From: Sulfuracidifex tepidarius
GTDB lineage: Archaea; Thermoproteota; Thermoprotei_A; Sulfolobales; Sulfolobaceae
Assembly: GCF_008326425.1 (NCBI RefSeq)
Contig: NZ_AP018929.1
Coordinates: forward strand, 362,875 to 386,874
Direction of reading: 5' to 3'
DNA: 24,000 nucleotides
The translations under genes were made by a program, and so were the position numbers. The notes beneath the pieces are model-generated. The model did no database searches. It was not told where the DNA came from and saw only the letters and a program-made list of their open reading frames with translations. Below are positions 23,417 to 24,000 of this stretch, piece after piece (within the stretch, counting starts at the first letter, position 1; each line of letters opens with the position of its first letter).

Positions 23417-23471
23417 ATGATGTTTTAAAAACCCTCAAGGAGATTAAGGGTAAAAAAAGACTCCTAAAGAT

Positions 23472-23675
23472 TTGGATAGGTTGTATGAGGAGATGAAGGA
23501 CTCGTTAGGATATGTAACTGTTCAGGATTTAAGGAAAGAACTGGGAATGACTCTTGAGGAATTTATGGACACTTTTTACGATTACGTTAAGAGTAATTAT
23601 GAGTTGATACCAGGCGGAAAGGAAGGGTTTGTAATAGGCGGTGAAATGTACGGGATTATAAGACGCAAGAAGTAA
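23472..23675 (+). CDS. Small hypothetical protein (67 aa, TTG start in the ORF track), probably the 3' segment of the same frameshifted gene; HTH-like
   Basis: VTVQDLRKELGMTLEEFMDTFYDYVKSNYELIPGGKEGFV looks like a small helix-turn-helix/winged-helix unit. The frame is open back to 23454, inside an A7 run. Confidence 0.5.
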   Translation: MDRLYEEMKDSLGYVTVQDLRKELGMTLEEFMDTFYDYVKSNYELIPGGKEGFVIGGEMYGIIRRKK

Positions 23676-23801
23676 CGTTTTCATATACGCGTTAGCGGAA
23701 TATTTTATAAAGACGGTATACACACAAATATGCTAACGTGCAACATTTACGTATTGTATATCTCGTTAAAATGCAACTATTTAACCCCTTAAGAGGGGTG
23801 A

Positions 23802-23850
23802 CCGTGGCGGAATTAGAAGTAATTAAAAGTAAGGAGAAGTTACGCCACGG
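23802..23850. repeat. 8-bp inverted repeat CCGTGGCG ... CGCCACGG with a 33-nt purine-rich spacer
   Basis: The arms are at 23802-23809 and 23843-23850. It is flanked by the hairpin ACCCC-TTAAGA-GGGGT (23784-23799) and the palindrome GTGAAC-T-GTTCAC (23907-23919). Confidence 0.6.
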
Positions 23851-24000
23851 GTAAACACTGATTACTCGGTTTCAGAACTCCAGCATTTACTAACAAGGTG
23901 AGGGTCGTGAACTGTTCACACAGTTTCACACTTACTTCAATTTACGGAGAACCACATTGGGATACCCTCGATTGTCTCTTTGTAGTTTCTCATTAACGGC

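Noticed and set aside
1-24000. CRISPR arrays, tRNA and rRNA genes
   Set aside because: I saw no regularly spaced direct repeats, no cloverleaf-compatible segments with GTTCGAATC-type T-arms, and no rRNA-like conserved blocks. The TA-rich palindrome at 20487-20523 is a single inverted repeat, not an array.

Overview
This 24-kb window reads like an accessory chromosomal region of a thermoacidophilic crenarchaeon, probably Sulfolobales-like. That placement is inferred from several traits: many genes have a TATA box centred about 26 nt upstream of the start codon (leaderless geometry), there are class III prepilin-type signal peptides, the surface proteins are dense in N-x-S/T sequons, and there is a tnpB-only IS.

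Layout:
- 1-1241: a decayed IS200/IS605-family tnpB element with an intact-looking right-end hairpin.
- 1394-2698 (-): an MFS transporter.
- 2898-3415: a broken small surface-protein ORF carrying an orphan second copy of the IS end hairpin.
- 3621-4526 (+): an MscS-type mechanosensitive channel.
- 4798-6513 (-): a 571-aa orphan protein with an HEHLH motif.
- 6629-6979 (-): a small winged-helix regulator.
- 7469-17473: the centrepiece, a type IV filament (T4P-like) module.
- 17.5-22 kb: an unusually gene-poor stretch with only three convincing genes (a 4-TM membrane protein, an HPP-family membrane protein, a zinc-ribbon protein) and a perfect 14-bp TA-rich inverted repeat.
- 22014-22880 (-): a UvdE-type UV damage endonuclease.
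- 23.1-24 kb: an AT-rich, mobile-element-like end in which one gene appears split by two poly-A frameshifts.

The T4P-like module has a FlaI/VirB11-type ATPase translationally coupled to a FlaJ/TadC-type platform protein on the minus strand. Diverging from these on the plus strand are three pilin-like genes with class III signal peptides and a 1190-aa, heavily sequon-decorated protein whose N-terminus mimics a pilin helix. Its gene order and content do not match what I recall of the archaellum, Ups or Aap loci. It is closest in composition to Bas.

I found no rRNA, tRNA or CRISPR array. All calls rest on motif recognition by eye; no database search was possible.
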